In this document: positions 22,696-34,192 of the stretch, in pieces
How the letters are laid out: every line of letters begins with the position of its first letter
Numbering within the stretch: position 1 is the stretch's first letter
Notes under the pieces: model-generated
The model's input: only the letters and a program-made list of their open reading frames with translations
The model's database searches: none
Told to the model about the DNA's origin: nothing
Position numbers and translations under genes: made by a program
Source of the DNA: an uncultured delta proteobacterium
GTDB lineage: Bacteria; Myxococcota_A; Polyangia; Polyangiales; JAFGIB01
DNA: 64,000 nt
Direction: 5' to 3'
Assembly (NCBI GenBank): GCA_963778655.1
Contig: CAVZVA010000002.1
Coordinates: forward strand, 448,001-512,000

Positions 22696-23653
22696 ACCGC
22701 GGGATGTCGGGGTCGATTCCGCGGGCCCAGGCGTCGATGCCGCCTTCCAGATTGTAGACGCGCTTGTAGCCCTCGCGCAGGTACTGCTCGGCGGCGTTCT
22801 GGCTGCGGGAGCCGTGGTGGCAATAGAAGACCAAGAGCGCATCGCGCTCCAGCGCTTCCAGCTCTTGCTCCACCTCTTCGATCAGGCGGCCGCCTTCGAT
22901 GCGCGCGATCGCGTGCTCACGCTCGGTGCGCACGTCGATCAACCAGGGCTTCTCGCCCGCATCCAGCATGCGCTTGAGGTCGGCCGGCCGCAGCGGCCGG
23001 ACGCGCGCCGGCTCGTTGGGGTTGTCGATGCGAAAGCCGCCGCCGCCCTCGCTCGAGTAGTCGATGGTGACGCCGTCGGCACGCTTGGCGCTCATGCGAT
23101 CGACCAGCACGGTGACGCCGCCCGCGTCGACCTCGAAGTCACCGCTGCGCTTCTCGTCGAGCGCGAGCTCGTGCTCGAAGCGGCTGCTGACGCCCAGACG
23201 CAGCACGCCCTGCTGGCCCTGCGCCGCTTGCGCCAGCGCCTTGCGCGCGGCCTCGGTGATCGCAATGCGCGGCACGCTCACCTGGTCTTCGACCCCGAGC
23301 GCGCTCTGCAGCTCGCCCGCGACGTACATCTCGCGCACGATGTCGCAGCCGCCCACGAACTTGCCCCCGATGTAGAGCTGGGGAATCGTCGGCCAGCTCG
23401 ACAACTCCTTGATGCCCTCGCGGATGTCGGGGTCCTTGAGCACGTTGACGGTGTGGTACTCGGGCAGCAGCTCGTTCAGGATCTGCACGACCGTCGCGGA
23501 GAACCCGCACTGCGGGAAGTTGCGCGTGCCCTTCATGAACAGCACGACGCGGTTGTTGTCGATCAGCTCGCTGATGCGGGTGCGCAGGGTGTCTTCCAAG
23601 GGATCGCTCTCTGTGGGCTGGGGCCGAGGCTGCCCGCGGGGCAGCGGCCACAT
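22691..23653 (-). CDS. grxD: Monothiol (CGFS) glutaredoxin fused to an IscA/HesB-like domain and a rhodanese domain
   Basis: VVLFMKGT..FPQCGFS, WPTIPQLY, GGCDI; then ITEAA...DGVTIDY...GFRIDNPN; then LIDVRTERE, YCHHGSRS, NLEGGIDAW. The true start may be TTG 23599. Confidence 0.9.
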   Translation of the reverse strand: MWPLPRGQPRPQPTESDPLEDTLRTRISELIDNNRVVLFMKGTRNFPQCGFSATVVQILNELLPEYHTVNVLKDPDIREGIKELSSWPTIPQLYIGGKFVGGCDIVREMYVAGELQSALGVEDQVSVPRIAITEAARKALAQAAQGQQGVLRLGVSSRFEHELALDEKRSGDFEVDAGGVTVLVDRMSAKRADGVTIDYSSEGGGGFRIDNPNEPARVRPLRPADLKRMLDAGEKPWLIDVRTEREHAIARIEGGRLIEEVEQELEALERDALLVFYCHHGSRSQNAAEQYLREGYKRVYNLEGGIDAWARGIDPDIPRY

Positions 23654-23727
23654 TTCCCCAGCTCGTAAAGCCGTCGCGGCCCGGCGTCAACCAGATCGGG
23701 GCGGGGACCACGGTGAGGCCTTGGAGG

Positions 23728-23813
23728 CATGAAACAGGAAGACTGAAAGAGCGGACGCTTGTCCGGCATCCCGCCGGGGTGTTGGGGAGCCGAAATTCTT
23801 CCCGTCTTCCTGT
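23728..23813. repeat. Dispersed repeat family A, inverted pair
   Basis: CATGAAACAGGAAGAC (identical to 15822-15837) ... TTCTTCCCGTCTTCCTGT. Confidence 0.8.
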
Positions 23814-24007
23814 GGCCCGGCTGGCGGCGCTCCCCTCCCACCGGGGGGCGGGTTGCCGCCCGACGCCCGCGCGCGGGCGTCGGGCGCCGGCCACGGGGGC
23901 CCGACCCGACAAAGTCGGAGGATTCACGCTTGGCCCGATCCGTGGTAACGGCGTAGCCGGCGCCCGCCGGACGCCCTCATGTTCTTGGCAGAGCCTCGGG
24001 AAAGCCC

Positions 24008-24970
24008 GTGAACAGGGACTCCACGCCGCAGTACCGCGTGTTGCACAAGCTGGCCGCCGGAGGCATGGCGGAGATCTTCTTGGCCGAGCGCAGCGTGCCG
24101 GGTGCGCCACCGTCGCTGGTGGTGCTCAAGCGCGTGCGCCCGCACCTCAGCTCCGACCCGACCGTCATCGGCATGCTGGCCGACGAGATCCAGCTCGGCC
24201 GGATGTGCGCGCACCCGAACATCGTGGCCACGCTCGACGCGGGCGAGCGGGACGGCCTGCCGTACGCGGTGCTGGAGCACGTGGATGGGCTCGATCTGGC
24301 GCGGATGCGCGCAGCGTTGCTGGCGCGTGGCGAGCGCTTCACGCGCGCGGCGGCGGTGCACGTGTGCATGGAGCTGTGCCAGGGGCTCCGCTACCTGCAC
24401 GGGCTGCAGGACGCGTCGGGCGCGCCGCTGCGCGTCGTGCATCGCGACGTGACCCCGCCCAACGTGCTGCTCGGGGTCGACGGCAGCGTGAAGCTGTGCG
24501 ACTTCGGCTTCGCCAAGTCGCGGGCCCAGCGCACCTTGACCGAGCCGGGCCTGATCAAGGGCAAGTTCAGCTACCTGTCGCCGGAAGCCGCGCTGGAGAA
24601 GCCGGTCGACCAGCGCGCGGATCTCTACGCCGTCGGCATCATGCTGTGGGAGATGCTAACGATGCGCCGCCTGTTCCACGCCAAGACCGACTACGAGACC
24701 TTCAAGCTGGTGCAGAAGGCCGAAGTGCCGGCACTCGCCGCGTGCGATGGCGACGCCGACGAAGTGCTCGCCGAGATCGTGACCAAAGCCCTCGCGCGCG
24801 ACCCCGGCGAGCGCTATCAGTCCGCCGAGGCGCTGTTCAACGCGCTGGCCGCCTACGCCGATTGGCAGGAGCTGCAGTGCGACCTCGGCGCGCTGGTTGC
24901 GCTGGCGAAGCCGGCCGCGACGCCCCCCGCTGTGGAGAGCGGCTGGGCGGGCGCGCCGGGGCTGGCCTGA
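24008..24970 (+). CDS. Ser/Thr protein kinase (kinase domain only)
   Basis: LAAGGMAEIF, VVLKR, HPNIV, HRDVTPPN, DFGFAK, GKFSYLSPE and DLYAVG. Confidence 0.93.
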   Translation: MNRDSTPQYRVLHKLAAGGMAEIFLAERSVPGAPPSLVVLKRVRPHLSSDPTVIGMLADEIQLGRMCAHPNIVATLDAGERDGLPYAVLEHVDGLDLARMRAALLARGERFTRAAAVHVCMELCQGLRYLHGLQDASGAPLRVVHRDVTPPNVLLGVDGSVKLCDFGFAKSRAQRTLTEPGLIKGKFSYLSPEAALEKPVDQRADLYAVGIMLWEMLTMRRLFHAKTDYETFKLVQKAEVPALAACDGDADEVLAEIVTKALARDPGERYQSAEALFNALAAYADWQELQCDLGALVALAKPAATPPAVESGWAGAPGLA

Positions 24971-25049
24971 CGCGGATGCGGCGCGCGGGTCGGGCTTGCG
25001 CCGAGCGCGGGCAGCCCGAACCATGCAGGCCGGAGCACGAAGGTCCCAC

Positions 25050-26090
25050 GTGACGCACGCACGCACGCACTGCGACCAGCCGCTGCCGGCAGCCGAGGCG
25101 CTGGCCCGCGGCTACAGCTTGCTCGAGGCGGTCGGCGCGGAGCGGCCGGTGCTGCTCTACGCGGCGCCGCTCCAGGGCGCCGCAGTCGTGCTCGGCGCCT
25201 ACCAACACGCCGGGCACGCATTGCGCCCCGAGGCGTTCGATGCGCTCGCGCTGCCGGTGCTGCGGCGGCGCAGCGGCGGGGCCGCGGGGTGGGCCGCGCA
25301 GGGCGTGCTCTACCTGGCGCTCGGCCTGCGCGAGGCCTCGACGCTGATGGCGTGCCCGCCGGGGCGCATCCTCAACCGCAACGTGCGCGGCATGCTCGCG
25401 GGCCTGCGCGCGCGCGGAGTGGCCGCGCACTATTTCGGACGCGACTTCGTCGCCTTCGGCACCGAGCCGGGCATCTACTTGGGCTGGGATGAGCACGGCA
25501 GCGGGCGCGTTCTGCTCGAAGCCTTCGTCGCGCTTGAGACCGCGTTCACACCCGCCGCCGAGCTGGGCGGCTATCCGCCGCCGAGCGATCCCCCGCTGCG
25601 CGGCAAGCGCCCCACCACGCTGCGCGCCGCCGGGCTCGCGCTGCCGGCTGCGGAGGTCGTGGCCGCGCTGTTCGAAGGCCACGCCAAGGCGTTCGGCCTG
25701 ACGCTGCAGCCCGAGCCGCCGAGCGCGGCGGAGCTGGCGCGCGCCGCGAGCCTGCGCAGCGGGCTTTCGGTCGATCTCGGCGAGCAGGACGGGCTGTGCT
25801 GGGCGCCGCCGCGGCAGGAGGCGATCGGCTTCGTCAGCGCGGGCGTGCGCCTCGATGCCGAAGGACGGCTGCAGGCGCTGCGCCTGGGCGGTGATTTCTA
25901 CCAGCACCACGACTGTCCCGCGCAGCTGCAGGCGCGCTTGCTCGGACGCCTGCCAGACGCCGGCACCCTGGGCTCCGCGCTCGATGCGGTGTACGCGGCG
26001 CGCCCGGGCCTGATCGAGGGCGTGCGTACGCTCGACACGCTGCGCGCGGCGCTGCTCGATGCAGTGGCCGCCGCCCGCGCCGAGGCGTAA
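25050..26090 (+). CDS. Lipoate-protein ligase A-like protein (divergent)
   Basis: AVVLGAYQ and VLRRRSGGAA motifs, plus an LplA C-terminal-like segment (LRLGGDFY). Start uncertain (GTG 25050). Confidence 0.6.
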   Translation: MTHARTHCDQPLPAAEALARGYSLLEAVGAERPVLLYAAPLQGAAVVLGAYQHAGHALRPEAFDALALPVLRRRSGGAAGWAAQGVLYLALGLREASTLMACPPGRILNRNVRGMLAGLRARGVAAHYFGRDFVAFGTEPGIYLGWDEHGSGRVLLEAFVALETAFTPAAELGGYPPPSDPPLRGKRPTTLRAAGLALPAAEVVAALFEGHAKAFGLTLQPEPPSAAELARAASLRSGLSVDLGEQDGLCWAPPRQEAIGFVSAGVRLDAEGRLQALRLGGDFYQHHDCPAQLQARLLGRLPDAGTLGSALDAVYAARPGLIEGVRTLDTLRAALLDAVAAARAEA

Positions 26091-26135
26091 GGGCGGCCTG
26101 CTTGCGGTCGGGGGCTCCCGCCTTATAAGCGGGGG

Positions 26136-28211
<2,076 letters not shown>

Positions 28212-28245
28212 CGGTTCCGCGCTGACTGCAATCGCATCGACGCCA

Positions 28246-28274
28246 TTGGCGCGGCGTAAGAGCGCTGTCATAAT
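28246..28274 (+). promoter_or_regulatory. Putative sigma70-type promoter
   Basis: TTGGCG-N17-CATAAT with an extended -10 TG, in an A-rich intergenic stretch. Confidence 0.45.
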
Positions 28275-28421
28275 GAAGAAAGAAGGATCGAAGAAGTCGT
28301 CGATTCGGATTTCGCGCCTGTAACCGTAGTAGCTCGGCTGTCGCCGAAGGGTTACTTGCTGCGGCGGTGTACGCCGGGCGGCGTCGTGTGTCTGCTGGCG
28401 AGGTGAAGAGGTAGTCGAGTA

Positions 28422-29006
28422 GTGGCTCGGAAGTTGTGCTGGTTCGGGTTTCTCTTCTTCATCTGCGGCTGCGCCGCGGGCCTTCCACCTTCGGCGGAAT
28501 TACCGGTCGACGAGGACCAGCTGGCGATCCGCGCCGCGATCATCGCCTGGCGCAACCAGGGTCTGCCGTGGTCGGATCAGTGCAGCGACCAATACGATCG
28601 CATCCGGGTCGTGGTGAGCGCGCCGCGTGAATTCACCGAGCTGTGCGGACGCCGCCCGCTGCACGCGGGCGGGCGCTTGTATGCGTGCAACACCGAACAG
28701 TACGAACGCGCCTTCCCGCTGTGGGTGGTCGACGACGCGCGCGTGCCGCTACTGGTGATCAGCCAGCTCCAGCCCGAGACCCACCGCCGCCTGCTGGTGG
28801 TCCACGAGACCATGCACTGGCTGGAGCGCTGCTCCGGCAAAGGCATCGACTTCGACCACTCCGATCCGCGCGTGTGGCAGCAAGCGCGCGGCAACGCTCA
28901 GCGGGCCGTGATCCTGGCGCTGGAGGGGCACCGTCCCCGACCCGAGCGCCTGGCCTGGACCCAGCGCTCCCGGCTGCCACCGGGCGCGCGCCACGCGCGC
29001 CGCTGA
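28422..29006 (+). CDS. Exported/lipoprotein with HExxH zinc-binding motif
   Basis: GTG start after a GAGG RBS, hydrophobic leader ending FFICGC, and LLVVHETMHWL. Confidence 0.65.
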   Translation: MARKLCWFGFLFFICGCAAGLPPSAELPVDEDQLAIRAAIIAWRNQGLPWSDQCSDQYDRIRVVVSAPREFTELCGRRPLHAGGRLYACNTEQYERAFPLWVVDDARVPLLVISQLQPETHRRLLVVHETMHWLERCSGKGIDFDHSDPRVWQQARGNAQRAVILALEGHRPRPERLAWTQRSRLPPGARHARR

Positions 29007-29102
29007 GCGGACCCGGGGCGCGAGCCCCGCGGGCTCGACAGCGCGCTCAGCCCATGGACAAGGTGGGCAACGGTTTCACGTCCGCCCAGCCACTATCATG
29101 AA

Positions 29103-29181
29103 CGGGAGGGGCACGCGCCCCCCCGGCCCGCCAGCGGAGCTGTCGGGGCCCCACCCACTCGCGCGGCTCGCTTGGCTCGCT
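29103..29181. repeat. Dispersed repeat family B
   Basis: CGGGAGGGGCACGCGCCCCCCCG ... GTCGGGGCCCCACCC ... GGCTCGCTTGGCTCGCT. Confidence 0.7.
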
Positions 29182-29228
29182 CACATGCGCAAACCTATCG
29201 CGTCCCGTCCAGAAGGCTGCTCCGTGCC

Positions 29229-29876
29229 ATGAAGGTCGCCGAGGACCCGGCGTTCTTTGCGGCCGAGCCGGAGCCGCGGGCCGCGCCCGCGCAGGGCAAG
29301 GCCCGGATCGAGCCAGAGGCGGCCGGCGAGCCCCGCGCGCCCGCGGCGCCGCGCGCCGGGACGGCCGGTTTTCGCGAGCTCTATCGCGAGCACTTCGGCC
29401 TGGTGTGGCGCGTCGCGGCCAACCGTGGCGTGCGGGTCTCGGCGCTGGAAGACGTGGTGCAGGAAGTCTTCATCGTCGTGCATCGCAAGCTGCCCGAGTT
29501 CGAGGGGCGCTCTTCGCTGCGGACCTGGATCGCGGCGATCGCGCGCCGGGTGGTAGCCGACTATCTCAAGAAGCGCGGCAACCAACCCGCAGGTGACGAA
29601 GCGCTCGAGCCCGAGCCCGCCGCCCACCCGGCGCCATCCGAGCAGCTGGAGCGCAAGAGCGCGGTCGCGCTGCTCGACGCGCTGCTCGCGAAGATGAGCC
29701 CGGACCAGCGCGAGGTCTTCGTGCTGCACGAGCTCGAGCAGATGAGCGGTGCCGAGATCGCCGAGCTCACCTCCGCCAACGAGAACACAGTCTTCACCCG
29801 TTTGCGCGCGGCCCGTCGCATCTTTCAAGCAGGGGTGGCGCGCGAGCGCGCGCGTCACGACCGGGAGCAAGCCTGA
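29229..29876 (+). CDS. ECF RNA polymerase sigma factor
   Basis: FRELYREH..LVWR, EDVVQEVF, FEGRSSLRTW, QREVFVLHELE.MSGAEIA and TVFTRLRAAR. Confidence 0.93.
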   Translation: MKVAEDPAFFAAEPEPRAAPAQGKARIEPEAAGEPRAPAAPRAGTAGFRELYREHFGLVWRVAANRGVRVSALEDVVQEVFIVVHRKLPEFEGRSSLRTWIAAIARRVVADYLKKRGNQPAGDEALEPEPAAHPAPSEQLERKSAVALLDALLAKMSPDQREVFVLHELEQMSGAEIAELTSANENTVFTRLRAARRIFQAGVARERARHDREQA

Positions 29877-30616
29877 TGGAGCTCGACGCCGAGGCCCGCC
29901 GTATTCTCGAGCTCGCGCGTGCGGCGCGCGCGCCCAGCGAAGCAAGCCAGGCGAGGGTGGAACGCCGCCTGATCGCCGTGCTCGGCTTGTCCGGGGCCGG
30001 AGCGGCCGGCGCCGCCGGCGCGCACGCGACCGAGGGCACACAGGCCGCGGCCGGCGCCAAGTCGAGCCTCGTCCTGCTCGCGCTCAAGGGGATCGGGCTG
30101 AGCGCGGGGCTTGCCGCGCTCTGGGCCGGCTACGTCGCGCTCTCCGCCCCGCCCGCGCGGACGCCTGCGTCGCCGCGGTCGCACGATGCGCCGCCCCCCC
30201 TGCCCGCGAGCGCAGGGGCCAGCGGCGCGGGCCCGCGGTCGCCGGCGCAGCCGCAGCCGGCGCCGGCACCTTCGCAGCCCGCGGTCGACGCTCGGTCCTC
30301 GGCCGAGGCGCGCCCGTCGCTTGCGCCGCGACCGAGCGACGCATCCGGCTCGCTGGCCGCGGAGCTTCAGCTGCTGCACCAGGCGCAGAGCGCGTGGCGC
30401 TCCGGCGACGCGGCCGGCGCGCTGTCGTTGCTCGGCCAGCACCGCCGGCGCTATCCGCGCTCCCAGCTGCGCCTCGAGCGCGACGCGCTGCGCGTGCTGG
30501 TGCTGTGCGAGCTCGGCCGCAAGACGCAAGCCGCACGGTTGGCACGCGCCTTCATCGCGCGCGCCCCGCGCTCGCCGCTGCGCGCATCGATCGAAGAAAG
30601 CTGCGCGTTGAAGTAG
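29876..30616 (+). CDS. Putative membrane-bound anti-sigma factor
   Basis: Overlaps the sigma stop (TGATG). One TM helix, a Pro/Ala linker and a C-terminal TPR-like domain (LAAELQLL...H.RRYP.SQL..ER). Confidence 0.7.
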   Translation: MELDAEARRILELARAARAPSEASQARVERRLIAVLGLSGAGAAGAAGAHATEGTQAAAGAKSSLVLLALKGIGLSAGLAALWAGYVALSAPPARTPASPRSHDAPPPLPASAGASGAGPRSPAQPQPAPAPSQPAVDARSSAEARPSLAPRPSDASGSLAAELQLLHQAQSAWRSGDAAGALSLLGQHRRRYPRSQLRLERDALRVLVLCELGRKTQAARLARAFIARAPRSPLRASIEESCALK

Positions 30617-30625
30617 TCTGGGGCG

Positions 30626-31711
30626 GTGCGCCGCTCCGCATGGCTCGCCGGCTTTCTGCTCGCGATCGCGACCCGGGCCCAGGCGGAGCCGCCGCTGCCG
30701 CTGCAGCTGCGCTTGCAGGCGCCCCCCGAGTGCGGAAGCGGGGCGGATATACGCGCGGAGCTGCAGCGCAGCGCGCGCGTGCGGCCTGGTTTCGGTCTCA
30801 CCCCGGTGATCGCTCGGGCCGAGGTCGAGCACCGCGGCGCCGGCTATGCGCTGCGGCTCCATACCGAGCACGATGGCGAAGCCGGAGAGCGCAGCCTGCG
30901 CGCGCCCGATTGCGCGACGCTGATGCGCTCGCTCACGCTGGTGCTGGCGCTGACCTTCGGCCCCGGCGTCGAGCTGGGTGCCGATGCGGGCAGCGGGCCG
31001 GCCGCGGCTGCTGCACGACCCGCGGGCGCCGGGCCGACAGGCGCTGGGGGGCCAGCAGGCCCGCTGCCCCCGGCCGGCAAGCCTGGGCGCCAAGCGGGCA
31101 CACCCGCGTCCGCCGTGCCGCAGCCGCGAGTGGCGCAGGCGTCACCGGGCGCGGCCACACGCGTGCCGGACGCGCCGGCCGCTGCGAGCGCGAGCCGCGG
31201 CCGGAGCCGGGCTCGGCTGGCGCTGATGCTCGGCGGCGGGGTCGAGATCGGGCTGGCGTCATCCGTGTCGCCGGCCGTCACCGCCGGCGCCGCGCTCGAG
31301 CTGGCCGCGCTTTCGATCGAGCTGCGCGCGAGCGGCTGGCCGGTGGTGAGCCGCCCGCTCGCACCGGATCTGAGCGCGCGTTTCGACGGGCTCGGCGGGC
31401 AGCTTCAGGCGTGCTGGCAATGGCCGCTGGCTGCGCTCGCCCTGGCGGCCTGCGGCGGCGCGCGGGCAGCGGCGGTGCGCGGCCGCTCCTCGGGCGCGCC
31501 GGCCGACGGGTCCGCGGTCGCGCCATGGTACGCGCTCTCAGGCGCCGCCGCGGTGAGCTGGCCGCGCGGGCGCTGGCTCAGCCTGCGCGCGGAGGCCGCG
31601 CTGGCGGCGTCGCTCGACCGGCCACGCTACGTGATCGCGGGTTTCGGCCAGGCGCGGCGCGTACCGCTGCTGCTGCCCTCGTTCGACCTGCTGCTGGTCG
31701 CCAGGCCGTGA
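30626..31711 (+). CDS. Hypothetical exported protein, possible C-terminal beta-barrel
   Basis: Signal peptide ending AQA, two Cys pairs, a Pro/Ala linker and amphipathic beta-strand-like C-terminus. Starts 9 bp after the anti-sigma gene. Confidence 0.6.
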   Translation: MRRSAWLAGFLLAIATRAQAEPPLPLQLRLQAPPECGSGADIRAELQRSARVRPGFGLTPVIARAEVEHRGAGYALRLHTEHDGEAGERSLRAPDCATLMRSLTLVLALTFGPGVELGADAGSGPAAAAARPAGAGPTGAGGPAGPLPPAGKPGRQAGTPASAVPQPRVAQASPGAATRVPDAPAAASASRGRSRARLALMLGGGVEIGLASSVSPAVTAGAALELAALSIELRASGWPVVSRPLAPDLSARFDGLGGQLQACWQWPLAALALAACGGARAAAVRGRSSGAPADGSAVAPWYALSGAAAVSWPRGRWLSLRAEAALAASLDRPRYVIAGFGQARRVPLLLPSFDLLLVARP

Positions 31712-31714
31712 GCG

Positions 31715-32455
31715 TCAGCAGGGGACCGGCCGGTCGTCGATCACGAGGTCGTCCATGAACACCTCGAAGAAGGCGTCCTGAGACGACCAGTCGACCCCGG
31801 CGCGCACGCGGTGCACGCCGGCGTCCGGCAGCGTATCCAGGCCGCTGGCGTCGAGCGCCGCTTGGTCGTCGACGAACGCGTGCACCTCGCCCTGCTGCTG
31901 CGAGATCACGATGCGCGCGCGAAAGCAGAACCAGCGCTGCCGCGGGATCGCCAGCGTGCCGGTCTGCCGCATGGGGTCGCCGTCGGGCGCGTACACCTGC
32001 ACCGCTCCGTCCAGGAGATTGAGATCCACGCCGGTGAAGGGGCTGCCATCGGGCTTGGGGTCCGAGTCGTCGCCGATGAAGAACAGGTTCATGGTGTCGG
32101 TCGCCAGGCCCGAAGGCACGTACAGATACGCGCGCAGGTACAGCTCGCCCGAGCGCAGCGGCGCGAAGTCCTCGAACACCACCGCCACGCTGCTGGCGGC
32201 AGCGCTCGAAGCGTGCAGCGCGCCGAGCCCGCGATGCGCGCGGGCGGTGGAGCGCTCGATCGCGCCTGCGCCTTCGATCGTCGTTCCGCTCCAGTCGGAC
32301 AGGCCCGCCTGCTCGAAGCCGGTGCAACGAATCGCGCCGGCGTAGGTGCTCGCGCACTCGTCGAGCCCGCCATCGGGAAAACGGCCGATCACGTACGGAT
32401 GGTCGGAGCAGCCCGCCGCGATCAGCGCGCACAGCACGACGGCGGCCCGCGCCAT
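31715..32455 (-). CDS. Lipoprotein with beta-sandwich (lyase/lectin-like) domain
   Basis: IAAGC lipobox, CTGFE, ELYLRAYLY, QRWFCF and FMDDLVI. Confidence 0.6.
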   Translation of the reverse strand: MARAAVVLCALIAAGCSDHPYVIGRFPDGGLDECASTYAGAIRCTGFEQAGLSDWSGTTIEGAGAIERSTARAHRGLGALHASSAAASSVAVVFEDFAPLRSGELYLRAYLYVPSGLATDTMNLFFIGDDSDPKPDGSPFTGVDLNLLDGAVQVYAPDGDPMRQTGTLAIPRQRWFCFRARIVISQQQGEVHAFVDDQAALDASGLDTLPDAGVHRVRAGVDWSSQDAFFEVFMDDLVIDDRPVPC

Positions 32456-32649
32456 GCGCGCAAGGCTGCCACGGGCGCCGCGCGCGAGGCAAGCCGGTGC
32501 GCGCCGGACGCGACTCGCGCTGTTTTACACAACGAAAAGCCTGCGCATTCTCCACTATCCACACGGACGACGTGCGCCGGCGCGACCGTGTTGCCGCGCA
32601 TTGCGCGCCTCGCTGGATGACGACGCGCGGCAAAGAATCGAAGGTGAAG

Positions 32650-33933
32650 ATGGCCGGGTCAGTCGCAGCGCTGGCGGTGCAGGCGGGAGGCGCGCTGCGA
32701 GCGGCGGCGCTGTCGTGCGCGCTCTTGGCCGCGTGCAGCAACGGCGGCGGCGGCGGCGTGGGGCCGATCTTCGGCGCAGGAGGCGCCGGCTACGGCACCG
32801 GCGCTAGCGCAGCTCCGGCCAGCGGCAGCGGCAGCGGCAGCGGCAGCGGCAGCGGCAGCGGCGGGCTGGGCGGCGGCGGCACGATCGCGGGCACCGGCGG
32901 CACCGGCTCGGCCTTGCCGGCAGGCATGGGCGGCGCGGGCGGAAGCGGCGCCCTGCCGGCCGGCGGCGCAGGTGGAAGCGGCGCGTTCGGAGCCGGCGGC
33001 ACGGGCGGCATGGCTGCAGACGCGGGCGGCAGCGCGGCCGCGGGCACCGGCGGCGCCGGCGGAAGCGCGGCCGCGGGTACCGGCGGCTCGGGCGGCGCTG
33101 CGTCCGGCGGCGACGCGATCCTGGTGCCCGCCCAGGGCGTGCTGCTCGGCCAGTATTACGGCGACGGCAGCATCGCAGCGACCGCGCAGAAGCTCGGCGC
33201 CAACGTGCCGATCCACCTCGTCTACTATGCGTGGGACGACGACTGGACGGCCGGCGCCACGCGCTCCGATCTCGGCGCCGGCCGCATTCCGTTGGTCAGC
33301 TGGGAGCCGGACGGCATCGACTTCAACGACATCGTCAGCGGCAGCCTCGACGCGACCATCAACGCGCGCGTTAGCGGCTCGAAGGCCCTGGGTGGGAAGC
33401 TCTTCCTCGATTTCGCTGCGGAGATGAACGGTGACGAGGCCTGGAGCGGTAACGACGCGCCGCTGTACGTGGCGGCCTACCGGCACATCCACGACCTGTT
33501 CGTGGCGGCGGGTGCGACCAACGTGATCTGGGCCTGGTGCCCCAACGTCACCGACGTCAACGGCGGCAACGCGATGACGATGGGCTACTACCCAGGCGAT
33601 GCGTATGTGGATTGGACCGGCGTCGACGGCTACAACTGGGGCACCACGAACGGTGGCTGGCAGAGCTTTCAGCAGGTGTTCGCCCGCATCTATCCGCTGC
33701 TTTCCGCAATCGGCAAGCCGATCCTGATCGGCGAGATGGCCTCGGCCGAGGTGGGCGGCGACAAGGGCGCGTGGATCGATGCCATCGTGCCCACGCTCAA
33801 GAGCGACTTCCCGATGATCCGCGGCCTGGTCTGGTTCGACGTCAACAAGGAGACCGACTGGCGCATCAGCTCCTCGCCGGGCTCGCAGGCCGCGTTCATC
33901 CGCATGATGAACGACCCGTACTGCAATCCGTGA
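32650..33933 (+). CDS. Glycoside hydrolase family 26-like lipoprotein
   Basis: LAAC lipobox and Gly/Ser linker, then PLVSWEP, FAAEMNG (acid/base), WAWCPN, YYPGDAYVDWTGVDGY and ILIGEM (nucleophile). Confidence 0.88.
   Translation: MAGSVAALAVQAGGALRAAALSCALLAACSNGGGGGVGPIFGAGGAGYGTGASAAPASGSGSGSGSGSGSGGLGGGGTIAGTGGTGSALPAGMGGAGGSGALPAGGAGGSGAFGAGGTGGMAADAGGSAAAGTGGAGGSAAAGTGGSGGAASGGDAILVPAQGVLLGQYYGDGSIAATAQKLGANVPIHLVYYAWDDDWTAGATRSDLGAGRIPLVSWEPDGIDFNDIVSGSLDATINARVSGSKALGGKLFLDFAAEMNGDEAWSGNDAPLYVAAYRHIHDLFVAAGATNVIWAWCPNVTDVNGGNAMTMGYYPGDAYVDWTGVDGYNWGTTNGGWQSFQQVFARIYPLLSAIGKPILIGEMASAEVGGDKGAWIDAIVPTLKSDFPMIRGLVWFDVNKETDWRISSSPGSQAAFIRMMNDPYCNP
32821..32862. repeat. Coding microsatellite (AGCGGC)x7 encoding a Ser-Gly linker
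   Basis: Read directly from the sequence. Confidence 0.85.
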
Positions 33934-34192
33934 GACGCGCTGCCCGCGCCCCCCCAACGCCACGAGACTTTCGTGGGCTATGTTGAACCGCGGCGGTGTG
34001 CCAGCTTGGGCAAGACCGTTTTCCTGAGCCGTTCGGGCGCGGGGCAGCGCCTACTGCTTGGGAGGCCCTGGCCTCGCACAGCGCGGCCTTGCGCTGGGCT
34101 GGATGCCCGGCGGGTGCGCGGCCCTCACGAGAGGCACCATGACGACACGATTCGCCCGATGGACTGATCGGCCCCCGCATGCGCGCCTGGTC

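Noticed and set aside
28272..28323. Small ORF MKKEGSKKSSIRISRL as a leader peptide
   Set aside because: Its ATG overlaps the predicted -10 box and it has no RBS, so it could not be translated from that promoter.
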